A DNA stretch of 63,976 nt, the filler included, from Reticulomyxa filosa (lineage: Eukaryota > Protista > Foraminifera), in the NCBI GenBank assembly GCA_000512085.1. It is 24 parts of 24 records of this genome, joined end to end, with 100 filler letters (N's around TTAATTAATTAA, not from the genome) between each part and the next. Parts side by side here need not be neighbours in the genome. Positions count along the whole stretch, not along the records: positions 23,871 to 28,095 come from ASPP01003347.1; positions 28,196 to 30,803 come from ASPP01025466.1; positions 30,904 to 32,179 come from ASPP01025648.1; positions 32,280 to 35,524 come from ASPP01024668.1; positions 35,625 to 38,276 come from ASPP01042275.1; positions 38,377 to 40,624 come from ASPP01004861.1; positions 40,725 to 42,149 come from ASPP01013064.1; 17 more parts are not named here. One strand, 5' to 3'. Both the position numbers and the translations under genes were made by a program. The number at the start of each line of letters is the position of its first letter. Positions within the stretch are counted from its first letter, which is position 1. Of the stretch, positions 26,762-40,725 are shown in pieces. The notes beneath the pieces were generated by a model. That model searched no databases. It saw only the letters and a list, made by a program, of their open reading frames with translations, and had not been told where the DNA came from.

Positions 26762-28195
26762 TTTATTTTATTTTTCTCTACTTTTTTCAATTGAACTATT
26801 GTTTTTTTGGGAGGGGGGAGAAGGTTTTTTAACTCCCCCAAAAACGGATATATAAACTCTAAAACTTAAACGTACTCTTTGAGGAAAAAATGGCTGTTAA
26901 AACTACAATATTTGTAAAAATATAAGAAAAAAAAACAAACAATTTTTTTCAACTAGATCTCTGCTATTTTTTATTCAAAAAAATTATGCAACTCAAATTG
27001 GGAATTAAAAACGTTACAAATAGTCAACTTTTTACTTGAATTAAGCAATTAAAGCTGATATTCCATCGAATGTTAATATATTTTCCTTAAGTCTCTAAAA
27101 AATTCTCTTCTGTCAACTCTGGAAGTATTAAAAAGCAAATTTTTCCATAAAAGCACGTTCTTATTTCTCGGTATTTCTCTTGCTGATTGAGAGTTTTTTT
27201 CAAAAGAATTTTTTGCGCGAATTTTAAATGTCGTCTTTACCTGCCTTTCACTTTGAATTGTTTTCCCCTCATCATAGCTTCTTTTGTTTTCCATTTTTCT
27301 TCGATTATTAATTCAGCTAATAACTTTTGACTGAAAGTTGCAAAAAACAGCAACACTGACAAAACAAAAATGACCCTACTAGCGTCTCTAAATTTTTTTT
27401 GTTATGAAGGGGCCTTACTTTATTACCTAGTTAAGCCAGAGGTGTCGGAATCAAAAACCTGACAACATCAAGAATCAGTAGCGATGTGTTGTTAATCTCA
27501 ATAAAATCATTTGATGATTTTAAAAAAAGAAATACATGCTAGCATAACTATATACGAATGCACAAAAAAAAACAAGACGAAATTTGCTTAAAGTATCACA
27601 AAATACTCTCAAGAGATTTTAAAATTTTTTTTTTTTTTTGCGATTCAAAAAAAAAAAAAACGTGTTTCTCAAAAGGAAAATAAGTCCAGAAGAAGCACAG
27701 ATTTCAAAAGGAGGAAAAAAAAAAAGAAGAGAAAAAAAACGAAAAGGATTATACTGAATAAAATACACACTTGCAATAGGACAAGAACGAGAATTGATTC
27801 TAAGTTTCGACCGACCATTGTTGGTGGGACAGTGACGGGACAGAGTAAGCAAACACAAAAAACAAAAACAAACTACATTTTGTGGACGAAAAGAGTTGAA
27901 TGTATTTACACTCAAAAAAAAGCAAAATCACAAAAAAAAAAAAAACACCGAATTTTGCTAAGGCACCCAAAAAAAAAAACAATTTGACAAACCCAGCGAG
28001 AAAGAAAAAAAAGTTTGTTGCTTTTATACAACTCGTTAAAGCAGATCACGATCGTTCGATTGAGGTTGATAGCGTGAAAAAGTCCTATAATGAGANNNNN
28101 NNNNNNNNNNNNNNNNNNNNNNNNNNNNNNNNNNNNNNNTTAATTAATTAANNNNNNNNNNNNNNNNNNNNNNNNNNNNNNNNNNNNNNNNNNNN

Positions 28196-30803
28196 CAATG
28201 CCATAGACACAATCACATTTCGTAGAATGATTTGTTGATCTGGAGTGTGTACACGCCATGAGAATTCAAATCGAACCATGTCCATTGCATATTCATGAGT
28301 TACTTTCAGAGAATATTCTACTTCCCAATTTGTTAACTTGTTATTTCCAATTGGTATTTGTTCCAACATTACTGCGTGTGAACTTGGGTCATTTTTTGGT
28401 GATTTGAAATTTGTCGAAAGCTGTCGTTGACACCACGAATGAATAGAATAACTAAATGGAAACGAACATTGCAAACAAGTTCGAATCGAATACAATTGAG
28501 GATTTATTACAGCCAACAGCAAGTGATTGGTATTTATATTCACTGGTTTCATTCTGACCAATTCTTCATTTTGCAATGCTTTCTCAAATAATTGTTGATA
28601 CTTTTTGCACTTCCTTTCACCTCTCCTTGCATTGGCTTCAACATATTTCTTTGGATTATTGTTTATGTCTTGTATATGTTACAAATGGTGATATAGACAG
28701 CAATAAAAATAAATGAAAAATGTGACAAAACTGCAAAACCACCATTTTGATAAACAGCAAATAACACATTGACAAAAGTCAAAGTTAACAAAGTATCAAT
28801 GATATTCTGGTGTCTTTCGAAAAAAGATCCTCCCATTTTTTTTTCCCACTTTTTTCTAAATTACACAAAATATTTTCAGCTGATCGTTGCTGTGTGGCTT
28901 TCGACAAAAGTTTTTTTATTCGACTTGTGAGTATCTTCCTACACTTTTTGAATTTACTATCTTCAAACAATAATGACAATAACCTTTTCTCATTCAAAGA
29001 GTTCATAGAATGTGAAAAATGCAATCCTCCAAAAGCTCTGCGAGCGCATTTGGATAAGTTCTACAAAAACAACAGAAAGACAATATTCATTATTTATTCA
29101 AAAGAAATATGTTCAAGTTATTTTCTACCTGTTTGAATTGTCTATCAACCACATTTGTCACTGGCTCTTTCAAATCTTTCTTCAATGATATGGTGTCCGT
29201 TAATAATAAATAATCGACATAAAAAATCTTCCATTTTCTATTTTTTTAAAAAAAGAGGGACTCCATTTTTGTTTTGACAAAAAGGATTGTTTTTTGTAAC
29301 TGTCGAAATATCAAAGGAAATGGTGATGTTTTGTTGGTATGGATCAGCAAAATAATCAATTTTTGTTTTTTACTGTTTTCTGGATTCTTATAAAACAGAT
29401 AATGCTTGAGCCGAAGAATATGGATGATTTGTTCCAATTGATATTTACGTTTGAGCGTGTAACGACATTGTAAGATCAAAACATCTTCCAAGAGCTCATT
29501 TTTGAAGAATTCTTTGACCGTTTTTTCAAATTGATCAACTTTTTTGAATGATGAGATTTCCTTTGTACAGTGCATCCATTCGGTCGGAGTATTATATTTC
29601 ATATCATTTGTTATTACCATTGCCATTTGATCTTTGGAGTTTTTTCGCTCATCCTTCACAATTTTCTCCTTTATTTTTTTTATTTGTGTCAAAATATTTA
29701 TCAATTTAAAAAAGTTATTGTTGGAAAGGAATAATTTCTACTTAACCAATGAAAGAAATCGAATATCTTCCTCAATCTGCATTTTTACGATTTCCTCTGG
29801 TCGACACAATGGACGAAATAAATCAAGTAATTCCAATTTCAATTCCTTGTCGTCAAATGTAATGTCATTTAAATTCTTATTTGATATTTGCACTTGTTCC
29901 TTTTTTTCATCATCTTTGATATCATCTGTTTGTATTGCTTTTTGTGCAGCCAAATAAAGTAATGCCGAGAAAATAGTATCTTCACAATATCCACAAAATA
30001 AATCCGATAAGTTTATTACGTTAAATGCTTCCATCAACACTATCTTTGCATATTCAACATGTTCATTGATATTGGATGGCCATAAATTGCGATATGAAAT
30101 GAATTGTTTCTCAAAACGACTGAGAAATGCAATCTTTTTGTTTGATATTATATTAAATATATTTATGTTATGTGTACATATTTGGCATTTTTACAAAAAA
30201 AAACAAAAGTAAACTGGCATATTTGAACTATGAGCATCCTCCTTTTGAACAACGACAGCACATTTGAAATTTTCATGAATATGACAATCTCTACTTTCAG
30301 TTCCCAATGCCACTCGACAATACATATCTCCTTTTTATTTCAAAATAAATGTTATGCTGAAATTGTTTTATTTTGTGTTTACATTAAACAATAAAAACAT
30401 AAATGAAAATACCTGAAAGTCTTGTTTGATATCTTTGATTCAACATGTCATGCAGACTCTCATAAATACTTTCCAAATTGTGCAAGATGACAGTTTTGCC
30501 AGTGTCCATACAATCAATAATTTTATTCAATTGATTGTAATTGGTAATATTCGAATATTTATCTTGAGGAAAATCGCTTCGAAATAAAAATACTTGATTG
30601 AAATTCAAAATATTGTATTCCAAAAGTAATTGCCAAGAATAATATTTTTCACTGATTATCATACAATGTCGACTCATCATTAAATCATCTGGTGACTGAC
30701 CACGTTTCTTCTCCATTAAATTTCTTTCCACACACATGACAGGAGTCCATCTCTTCAACTCTCGGATAACTTCACCTTCGGTCCTATTCAATACTTCCTT
30801 TAA
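28196..30803 (-). CDS. RNF213/mysterin-like giant AAA+ ATPase, internal fragment, multi-exon
   Basis: FPQDKYS...IIDCMDTGKTVILHNLESIYESLHDMLNQRY...YCRVALGTESRDCHIHENFKCAVV...MP|IAFLSRFEKQ resembles, from recall, the RNF213 second AAA region (CMETG.TV.LLNL.NLYESLYDALNQ.Y...LG.....C.VH.NF...P...RLEK). Confidence 0.8.
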
Positions 30804-32006
30804 NNNNNNNNNNNNNNNNNNNNNNNNNNNNNNNNNNNNNNNNNNNNTTAATTAATTAANNNNNNNNNNNNNNNNNNNNNNNNNNNNNNNNNNNNNNNNN
30901 NNNTGATACAAAAAAAAAAGAGAAAGTTCATTCTTAACAGTACCTTCGTATTTTTTGTCAAAGCAAAAAAGTTAAATCTTTCAGTAGTTGATTTATTGCT
31001 TGAAAATTTTATTAAAGATTGCTTTTTCGGGATTAATTTCAATTAAATTTTTGGAACTGTTGTCTCCCACTATCAAAAACAGAGTTGTATGACAATCCTT
31101 ACTCTCAAAACTTAATTAACACATTGCCTTAAAAAAAATTAGCCTTTTACGTTGCATATGTTTTGAGAAAATTAGGTTTCTTTTCTCCAACAATGCAATT
31201 ATTCAATAGATTATTTATGTATGATTTTCAATCCAAACAGGTGGAAAATTTCTTTTAAAATAGATTTACATTAAATTTATTGATTGTAGTTATACAATTT
31301 TACTAAAGAACAATAAAGAAGTTAGAAGTTTTGGTTTGAAAGGAAATAGTTAGTAAGAATATCTTCAAAGATGTGCAATGATATAAGGAGGGATCACAAA
31401 ATCTGTGAAAAAAAGTTTCTGTTTAATTGTAAAACTTGGTACAAGCATATGTTTAAACCGGAAAAAAAAAGTGAAAAAGCCAAGAAAACGACACAAGTCA
31501 AAAAAAAAAAAACAACAGTTATCCAAGACATCAGAAGTACAGAGGAGATCTACTTCCAAGAGTATTTGGATATGTTTTTTGATTGTTTAGGCGATTATGT
31601 AACACTTTATTTCGCGAATTGCTTTTTTCTTTTTTTCATTATTACAACTGTTGAACATTTTTTGGGTAGCATATGCATCAAATGAAACAATAATTGATTA
31701 AGTATAATTTAATTTTTTATACGTTTAAAGGTTTTTGTTTTTGTAAAGGATAACAAGTATATAAAACATAATTTTCTCAATTGATATGGGAGATAACTAT
31801 TGTCAAATTACTCTTAAGATATTTCAAGAAAGTAAAAACTGGTACATTTTGAAAATTTGCCAAAAATTTCATTATGTGATTCTAAACATTTAATTAAAAA
31901 TTTAAAAGCTGTGACACTTTTTTGTCACATCTTTCAAAGAATATCAAATTGATTTACACTTACACACTTCACATTGACTTTCACTTTCATTTAAAAAAAA
32001 AAAGTT

Positions 32007-32179
32007 CTAATAGTTATCATCACCTGCGTCGTTGCCAGCATTATCACCTCCCACATCATCGGTTAGTTGTTCGCTTAGGACATCCAAATAATCTTTTTCT
32101 AAGAAGCCTAAATCTTCGCGAGCTTCAGCAAATTCTCCTTCTTCCATTCCTTCTCCTACGTACCAGTGCACAAATGCTC
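32007..32179 (-). CDS. TUBA: Alpha-tubulin C-terminal end (divergent; not in the ORF track)
   Basis: [56 protein letters not shown]. Confidence 0.95.
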
Positions 32180-32279
32180 NNNNNNNNNNNNNNNNNNNNN
32201 NNNNNNNNNNNNNNNNNNNNNNNTTAATTAATTAANNNNNNNNNNNNNNNNNNNNNNNNNNNNNNNNNNNNNNNNNNNN

Positions 32280-34008
32280 ATGAAAAAGTGTTAATAATAA
32301 GAGATACCGGGATTTGGATGATAAAAGAAGATCTTGTGAATAGCATTGTGATAATTGCCCGAAGTGGCACGAACAAATTTATTGAAATAGGCCAGTTTGA
32401 TTTTGGCTTTTATAGCGCCTATTTAGTGAGTAAGCGCGTGGTGGTGAGAAGTGAAAGTAAGAGATGTAAAAATAAAAACGATGATGAACAACATGTGTGG
32501 AAAAGTACAGCAAGCGGCACTTACAGGGTTCGTAATGACAGCGATAACCCGTACCTGACAAAACGGGGAACTGATATATACTTATACTTAAAAGATGAAT
32601 GCGCAAAATTTTGTAATGAAAAAACTTTAAAAGAAATTATTAAAAAAACTCGCAATTGTTTGTTTTCCTGGTCAACTTGTTAACAATGAAAGATGGAGAA
32701 AAGGTTTTGCATTTGTTTTTTATTTGTTTTGGATATACGTACATACGGGTGGGGGGGAAGTGTTTCTGCTTTTTTTTTTTAAACAAGAAAAAAAGGTGTT
32801 TTAATTGTTATTTATGCCAAAGAATGCCCCATTTGAACCGATGAGGAAAGAGAAGAACATTAAACTCTTCGTTCCAAGAGTTTTTATTATGGATAATTGC
32901 AAGAATCTTTGCACTAAATATCTGTCGTTCATTCGTTGTGTAGCGGACAGCGAAGATTTGACATCGAATCTTAGTATAGAATCATTGCAGCAAAATAAGA
33001 TAGTGAATGTCATCCAGAAAAATGTAGTAAATAAGTGTTTGGAACTATTCGGCGAAATTACTGAAAATAAGGCTGACTTCAAAGTATTATACGATCAGTT
33101 CCGCAAGAGTCGCAAGCTGAGAATTAATGAATACTCAAAGAATCTCAATAAATTATCAGATTTGCTGATATCTAGTGAAGAAATCAAGTCGCTCGAAGGA
33201 TATGTTAGCAAAATGAAGGAAAATCAAAAGCACATTTACATTACAGGCGAATCACGGGCAAATGTGGAAGTGTCGCCGTTTTTGGAAGCATTGAAAAAGA
33301 TAGACTTTGAAGTCTTATTGTTAGTGGACCATATCGACGAATACGAGGTCCAATTGCGAGAATACGATGGAAACAAATTAGTTTGTTTTTTTAAAAAGTA
33401 TACTTCTTTAAAAAAAACTAAAAACATTACGTATAATTGATTTGTGTGTTTTTACAGAAACAAGACGAAAATGTCGCATATGAATCGCCGACGAAAAAAA
33501 TGAAAGAGATCCTGGTGGACAAGATTGAAAAAGTCATTGTCAGCTATCTAATGGTTGATCAGATGTGCTTTTTGGTTACAGGAGAATATGGACTGTCAGC
33601 TTATGGAAATAATTATGAATGCTCAAGTATTATAGATAATTCGATGACGTAATACATGCAGTCGAAGAAAACAATGGCAATCAACAGGAACCACGCGATT
33701 GTGTGTAACTTAAAAGAAAAATTTGCAACAGGCCCATTCGATAAGACAATTAAAGATCTGGTGTGGCTGTTATTCGAAACAACCTTGTTGACCAGTGGAT
33801 CCAGCTTGGAGGAACCAGTAAAATTTGCTGGATGTATCCATAAATTAATTAAATTTGTATCAGCATTTTTGGCGACGATGATGAGCCTCAAGAAGAAGAT
33901 ACATCAAAAGATGCACCAGAAGGACAAGCAACATACAAACCAAACGTTGCAGCAGAAAACGCCGACTTGGAAAAGGAAGAAGTCGAGACAATTGAAGAAG
34001 TTGATTAA
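32280..34008 (+). pseudogene. HSP90: Decayed cytosolic Hsp90 copy
   Basis: Corrupted motifs IRDTGIWMIKEDLVNSIVIIARSGT, IGQFDFGFYSAYLV, IKLFVPRVFIMDNC, YITGESRANVEVSPFLE, SMT*YMQSKKTMAIN and a terminal IEEVD*. Deletions, frameshifts and in-frame stops. Confidence 0.92.
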
Positions 34009-34540
34009 TCTTTGTTGTATGAAAGAAATGTGTTGTCTCATTTGTTTTACTATCGTTTTGTTTTTTAATTTTTATTTTAAACTAGATTTTTTTGAAATGA
34101 ATACATTCATCTATTCGGCAAGCAAGTTTTTTGAAAGCATTTTTCATATAAGTTCGCTAAGTATTCTGAAAATACTTTTTTTAAAAAGAAGTTTGCTATT
34201 AGTTTTCATTGTTCACCGGGTCTAAAGTACGTATTTCTTGGTAAAAAAAGTGCACAATATCATTTATTTTCGTCAGCCTTTGATCCACAAAAAAAACTAG
34301 TCCTTTCTACTAACTTTAATAAAAATTCTTTTAAGCACCAACAAACCCTTTTTTTTCTATAATAAAATATGCTTCAGTAACAAAAGTTCAGTGTTGAAAT
34401 AACAAATATTATTTTCCTTGTAATCGATTGTACGCGAGCATGTTGAATATTGAAATTTGTGAAATTGATTATTGCCCTGAATTTCAGCAAAAAAAAAGGG
34501 GTAACAACAAATTGATTGTCAAAATTAAAAGTGGCACAAA

Positions 34541-35465
34541 TTAAGCATCTTCATCATCGGACTCTTCATCTTGTGTTGCTTTGACACCAGCGTCTTTTGC
34601 TTGTGACAACACATCTTGTGGAACAAATACGTGTCTATCGTTCGTCCAAACATGAATTTTCTTTGTTTTCAATGCACCAACCAAATAAACAAACGAACAA
34701 AGTAAGATTAACTTTTTTGAGTCATTCAATACCCAACTAAGTTCCAAATCAAATGGTTTATCTTTGACGTCGTCATGAATGGAATAAATGCTAAAAAAAA
34801 AAAAAAAAAACCAATAATGTTTATACTTTGAAAATTTTTTAAAAAAAACTGAACATTTGGGCGACTTTGTTAACAGCCTCTTTGCAAGTGATCTTTTGGA
34901 AGTCAATTTTTTCCAATTGAACTCGAGAGGGCTGTTGTCCCTTTCCGACGGCGATGGCTTGGAATTTGCGACAATCGCCAGAAGGGTCGATTAAATACAG
35001 TTGCGGGCCATCATTTTCGTCGCAAGTAGCGACCAAACAAGACACTCCAAAAGGCCTCAAATGCCAGTACTCCGTGTACGCATGAACAAACAACGCCACT
35101 CTTTGTGCCAGGATTTTTCCTGGGATTTCTACGCCAAAATTGCGTTTATACGATGATGCTTCCTCTCGCGCACGGTTTACTAGTTGTCTTCCATCAGGTA
35201 AAACACCTGCAATTGCCTATCATTCATTCATTCATTTTTATTTGTTTTACAAATTCGAAACAACAAAAAAAGATGGAATGCACATATACATATATTATAT
35301 ATAATATATGTATATATAATATGTGTATGGTCGGAACGTACAATGCCTGCGTTTTTGGAGACCGTGAATATACGATGATATGTGTCTCTCACTAACATTT
35401 TAGAATGAATCAATTTTTCTACTCCTAACACCACGCCGTCAGAGCATCGGATACCTACCACAGTT
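34541..35465 (-). CDS. PSMA3: 20S proteasome subunit alpha7 (alpha type-3), 5' partial
   Basis: TVVGIRCSDGVVLGVEKLIHSKML, GVLPDGRQLVNRAREEA, FVHAYTEYWHLRPFG, IYSIHDDVKDKPFDLELSW and an acidic tail. Confidence 0.95.
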
Positions 35466-35624
35466 CTTTTTTTTTTTTTATACATATGTACACATATATG
35501 TTTATTCAATTTTTTTTTTTTTTTNNNNNNNNNNNNNNNNNNNNNNNNNNNNNNNNNNNNNNNNNNNNTTAATTAATTAANNNNNNNNNNNNNNNNNNNN
35601 NNNNNNNNNNNNNNNNNNNNNNNN

Positions 35625-37675
35625 CACTCATATCCCAAGCGCACCAATACACATTGCCACTCGAATGCAATTGTTCAAATGGTAAGTCGATTTCTTTTGT
35701 TCCTATTCATTCATTCATTTATATACACATATATACATATATATATATATTTTTTTTTTTTTTGGATTAAAAAAAAAACCTTTGATATCTGGTTGCAAAA
35801 GAAATCCTCCTCGTTGTGGCTGTCTATTGGTAAGCAAGAAGATATAATGAACATGCTTTGATTCATTGAAAACAATCATTTCGGCGGGGACCGCAATATC
35901 TTGCGTCGGCAAAGATTTGTAAATGTCTTGATTGAGCTCACAAATGGTTTGTATGCGCAAGGAGTAGTCATTAGGAGTTGGAGTCAATGGCATCCACACA
36001 CAATGACAAGTCTGGGATTTTCCAGAGGCTTTGTTGAGGGGGTAGTTATCGCTAAACTCAATTTCGTATCGAACTAATCCAACGCCTTTGTACGGCGAAT
36101 TCCAACACATATATTTCAATGGCTTGGAATTGTTACTGTAATGAAAGAATTGGACTTGATTGGGTTGCGAGGGTTCAAATACATCTCCTTGCATAAGTGC
36201 AGGAGGCGTTTTAAATATCACCGGCCAACTCTCTTCCGTCTCTTCATTGGTACTGCGTTGCAATCCACTTATAGTGATCATATACTCTTGTTCGCTCTCT
36301 TTCAGGTCCATGCTTCTCCAACCGGGCTCATTCTGCACTCGTGCAATCACTTCACCTTTGTGGTGATTGTATTCGCGAATGACATACTCAATAGTTGTCT
36401 CGGTCGTCTTTTCGTCGACTGATGGAAATGCTGCAGGCATCCATCCTAAGCGGACTTGCGTGGGGAAAAAGCTAGTGACATGGGGGAATAAGGGTCGCAA
36501 TGGCAGGTGCTGCAGATTGAGTGAGTCATTGAAATTTTTATACGTCTTTGCACGTACGATCGACGTCCATGAGGACTCCAATTTTTTATCGATTTGCTGA
36601 AGGTTGTTGATGCTTGGCCACTCGAAGCACGTTTGCACATGTAATTCGTAAGACGTGTCTCTCGATAGTCCTTTCACGATCACATAATTCCTGTCATTTG
36701 GTATTTTCAAATACCTCTTATCATCTCCCACTTTTCCTCGTCACTCAGCTTCAGGTCCTCCGCATTGTCGCCACTCACTTGTCGTGGCGAATTCACTACT
36801 GTGGTCGGAGGGGATGGCAAGTAGGTCGTCACACACACATTAAACCACCACATTGTTTGCGAGGTCATTTTCTGAAATTGCAACTCCTTTTCATTGTACC
36901 TCTTCATATTGTTCTCTATGGCCTTTAATGAGTCATTCGTCATCTTCCAACAAAACACCAGTTGTTCCGTTTCTATTCCAATTACTTTTGTTTCCACTGG
37001 TGTAAATTCCACTTTTTATTTTTTATTTTTATTTGTTTGTTTCAATTCAAATATCTGTTATTTCAATCGCATAAAAACTGACTCCAAATTTTGGGTACAT
37101 ATACATATGTATATAAGAACATATACGTATACACATATATGTACATGTATATGTATATATTGTGATATAATAAAGGAGTTACCAATTTTTCGCACGAGAA
37201 ATTTTGTGTTTGGAGTCGACAACCCATCTTCGTCGCTACTATTTTCACTATCAGATTCGTCTAGAAACTCTTCTTGCAATGAAATATCATCTAGTATTTG
37301 AATGTCATTGCTATTGTCGGCCAATATGGCATGCGCTTCTTTGAACGAAACTAACTTCCATTTTACATTCACTGTATGATTGTTATCCATTATCCCAGGG
37401 AATTCGTCACCAAATTGCATTTTGATTTTACTTACTACTTCTTTGTATGTCAACTCTTTGAATGAGTTCGTGTTCGAATGTGAAAAATTTATCATCTTAT
37501 GATGACAATCGAATTTTGTTTTACAACTTCCATTATCCACATACACATCTATTGTCAGTCCTTTCTCGGCTGTTTCTTTTGCCTTTTTCTTTTTTTGTTT
37601 TTTTGTGGATGAGATTCTGCTTTGATAATTCACAAAAAAATAGCAAGTCAAACCAGTTTTGATTCCTTCATTCAT
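35625..37675 (-). CDS. Fibronectin type III repeat-containing protein, 3' partial
   Basis: FN3-like patterns: LVFCWK...VIVKGLSRDTSYELHVQT; P..P.VTSFFPTQVRLGW.P...YVI...ITISGL; MCWNSP...YEIE...YSLRIQT. One apparent frameshift near 36720. Confidence 0.6.
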
Positions 37676-39542
37676 TCCAGTATATTCAGTATCGAAAAAG
37701 GATTCTTGTTCTTTTTAAAATTTAGTTTACAAGCAAACCGATACTAATTTTGAAATGAGAAAGAAACTGTTCAAGGAATTCGAATTAAACATTGTTTTTT
37801 CCTGTGACTTGCTTTGGGTCTTATCTTTTCTTTAACCCTGTGCCGCAAAGTAAATGCGAAAACCAATATTTTGATCTAAACAAAGAAAACTCCTCCACTT
37901 ACAATCCGATTAAAATATACAAAAGTTAACATATACCAAATAAGAAAACATTTAAATTTGTACACGTTAACAAGAAACAACAAGTCAATTCTAACATTGC
38001 ACCTCTTGCACAGTAATAGTGGTATTACAACTCTTAAAGGTTTTGTAAAAACGTGTTAACCCAGAACTGTGTCATAAATTTAATGCATAATTTAATGATC
38101 GATCAATTAATTCAAACAACAAAAAAATTATCATAACACAAATCCTTTTTGCACAACCTTTCAAATCATATTCACACAAATCAAAACGTTTCCTTTTTTT
38201 TGAACAAATAGAATTTTTTTAGTGGTAAATACAGTTCAAAATTAAATTATTTAGTTCAAAAACATACTGTTTCTCCNNNNNNNNNNNNNNNNNNNNNNNN
38301 NNNNNNNNNNNNNNNNNNNNTTAATTAATTAANNNNNNNNNNNNNNNNNNNNNNNNNNNNNNNNNNNNNNNNNNNNTATAATTAATTTTAAACTTTTTTG
38401 TTTGGCAATATAGTTTTTTTATCGTTGAATTTTTCAAACACCTTAGTAAAAAGAATGACACAAAACTTTTCAAATAAATGCAAGAGTATATTGCAACATA
38501 GAGTAAAGATAATATGTGATTTATTCTATGTATCTACAAAATTATTTTTACTTTAGCTCTTTTCAATAAAGATATACAAGTCAAATAATAAAAAAGCACT
38601 TTTTTTTGGGTGTATGGTTTTTTTTTTTGCAAAATAATGTATTAAAAATTTGCTAATTCTAAAGTATGAATGCAACTATGAATTTGTTCCAACTGATAAC
38701 ATCATAAATACTATTTTCTTCCAATAAACAACATTCACTGTTTTTTAATCTTTATGTTTTTTTCATCTTTGTAAGTGTGTTGGCATTTCTTTATCACTTA
38801 AATATTTTTGTTTAATTTACTAAACACTTATTCAATATATTTAGTGATGCTTTGCAAACTTCACACAGTATCAATATATTAAGTCTTGAAAATATTCAAA
38901 AAATTTCATAAACAAAAAATACAATCAAATATAAAAGAAAAATTTCTTCATGACAATTTAGTCTTTGTCATTTAAATTGCGAAATTTCTTTCGAGTTCTT
39001 GTTTCTTGTTTGCGTACTTACTTTCAACAAAAAGAACATTTTAATAACATGACGTTTGTCAATATTCTGTTGTATTTCTAAAGCAACTGGATTTTGAAGC
39101 TTTACATGATAAGCTTGAAAGGATTATTTTAAAATTTTTTTAACTAAGATTATGAACTTTTGCAAGTACTTTTCAACAAGTAGCTAGTTTATTTTATTTC
39201 ACGGTTTGTCTAGAGATAAGAATGATCTTCCACAACATGTATTGTAGATACACAAGAAAAAAACTAATCGAAGTGCTTGAGAACTTTATATTAATAACCA
39301 GCTTCCAATATTGCGCATAGGCCCTCCGAAACACTTAAAAGAACAATATTTGTCTTTTGTTACAAAAAGAGTTGTAATTGAAAATGTACGATTTGATTGA
39401 TTGAAAAAAGATCCTCGAAATGGATGTCCCTCCAAATGTCAGGAGTTATTGAAAGAAATGATAAATGATGAACATTTGGGAAGACAATAATTAAAAAAAA
39501 GAGAGAATGAAAAAAAAAAAAGAAAAGTCCAAGAATGCTAAT

Positions 39543-40551
39543 TTATTTGTGATCAAAAATGGATTTTTTACAAACCGGACAAAACTCACTAGAAGTGGCG
39601 AGCCACGGATCAATGCAATTGACATGAAAGCCATGGAGACAAGCCAAAACTTTGACAAGTTGTCCAGTTTCAAAATCGTCTAAACAAATGGAGCAGGTGG
39701 TATTGAGAGGCTGAGTGGATTGTTTGCCCCTTAAAAACGTGTGTTGCAGAAGAGTTTGAAGAGTGTTGCGATTGGAATGCGTCAATGGCGAAGGTGGGGA
39801 AGTAGTTTGAGGACGGAGTGGGGAAGAAGAAGAAGAAGAAGAAGAAGATGATGATGATGATGAAGAAGCAGGGTGTTTATGATCTTCCCGTGTTAAATGT
39901 GTTGTTTCATTCTCGCTATCATCACTGAGAGGTTTCAATTTCGAGTTGATATTCACGTCTCTCATTTCCAGTACCGAAAGCGCATGGTCATGTTCATCCT
40001 CAAACTCATTAACATTTTTGTCATTGCCATTACGTTTTTTATGGCCGAATACATTTTTCTTCGACACATGTTTTTTTTCTTTTCCGAAGGGTTTCTGTCC
40101 CACATATGTATGTATATACGTATATACATATACATATATACATATATATGACACATCAAAATATATATCATCATATTCATATGGTAATATGCAATAACGT
40201 AGTTTGTAAAAAAAAAAAAAAAAAAAAATTTAACAAAGGCTGATTCAATCCACATTGGCTTTGCTCATCTTCGATTGGACAGGCAATATCACTTGACTCA
40301 GGACCAAGACCGTGGTCACTCTCCAGTTGATCTTCGCCCGACACATCGGTAGTGCCATTGTAGACGATCACGGGGATCTTGCAGAGTCGTCGAGTGCGAC
40401 GGAAGCGATTCACATTGTTCATTATCACCTGACGACTGGCCAACACACAAATGACGAGACACCAGATCGACGGGATAACCAGCAGCAAATACACTAACCA
40501 AAACGACATCCATGACAATTCACAATAGCAAGAGTCGTTATAATGCAAGCA
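39543..40551 (-). CDS. Transmembrane RING-H2 E3 ligase (RNF13/PA-TM-RING-like), 5' partial
   Basis: TM segment WMSFWLVYLLLVIPSIWCLVICVL, then RRLCKIPVIVY and a C-terminal CSICLDDFETGQLVKVLACLHGFHVNCIDPWLATSSEFCPVCK. Confidence 0.9.
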
Positions 40552-40725
40552 GACGGGGCATTATGCGGATATATGTTTTTAAAAAAAAAAAAAAAAAAAA
40601 AGGGTTTTTTTTTTTTTTTTTTTTNNNNNNNNNNNNNNNNNNNNNNNNNNNNNNNNNNNNNNNNNNNNTTAATTAATTAANNNNNNNNNNNNNNNNNNNN
40701 NNNNNNNNNNNNNNNNNNNNNNNNT

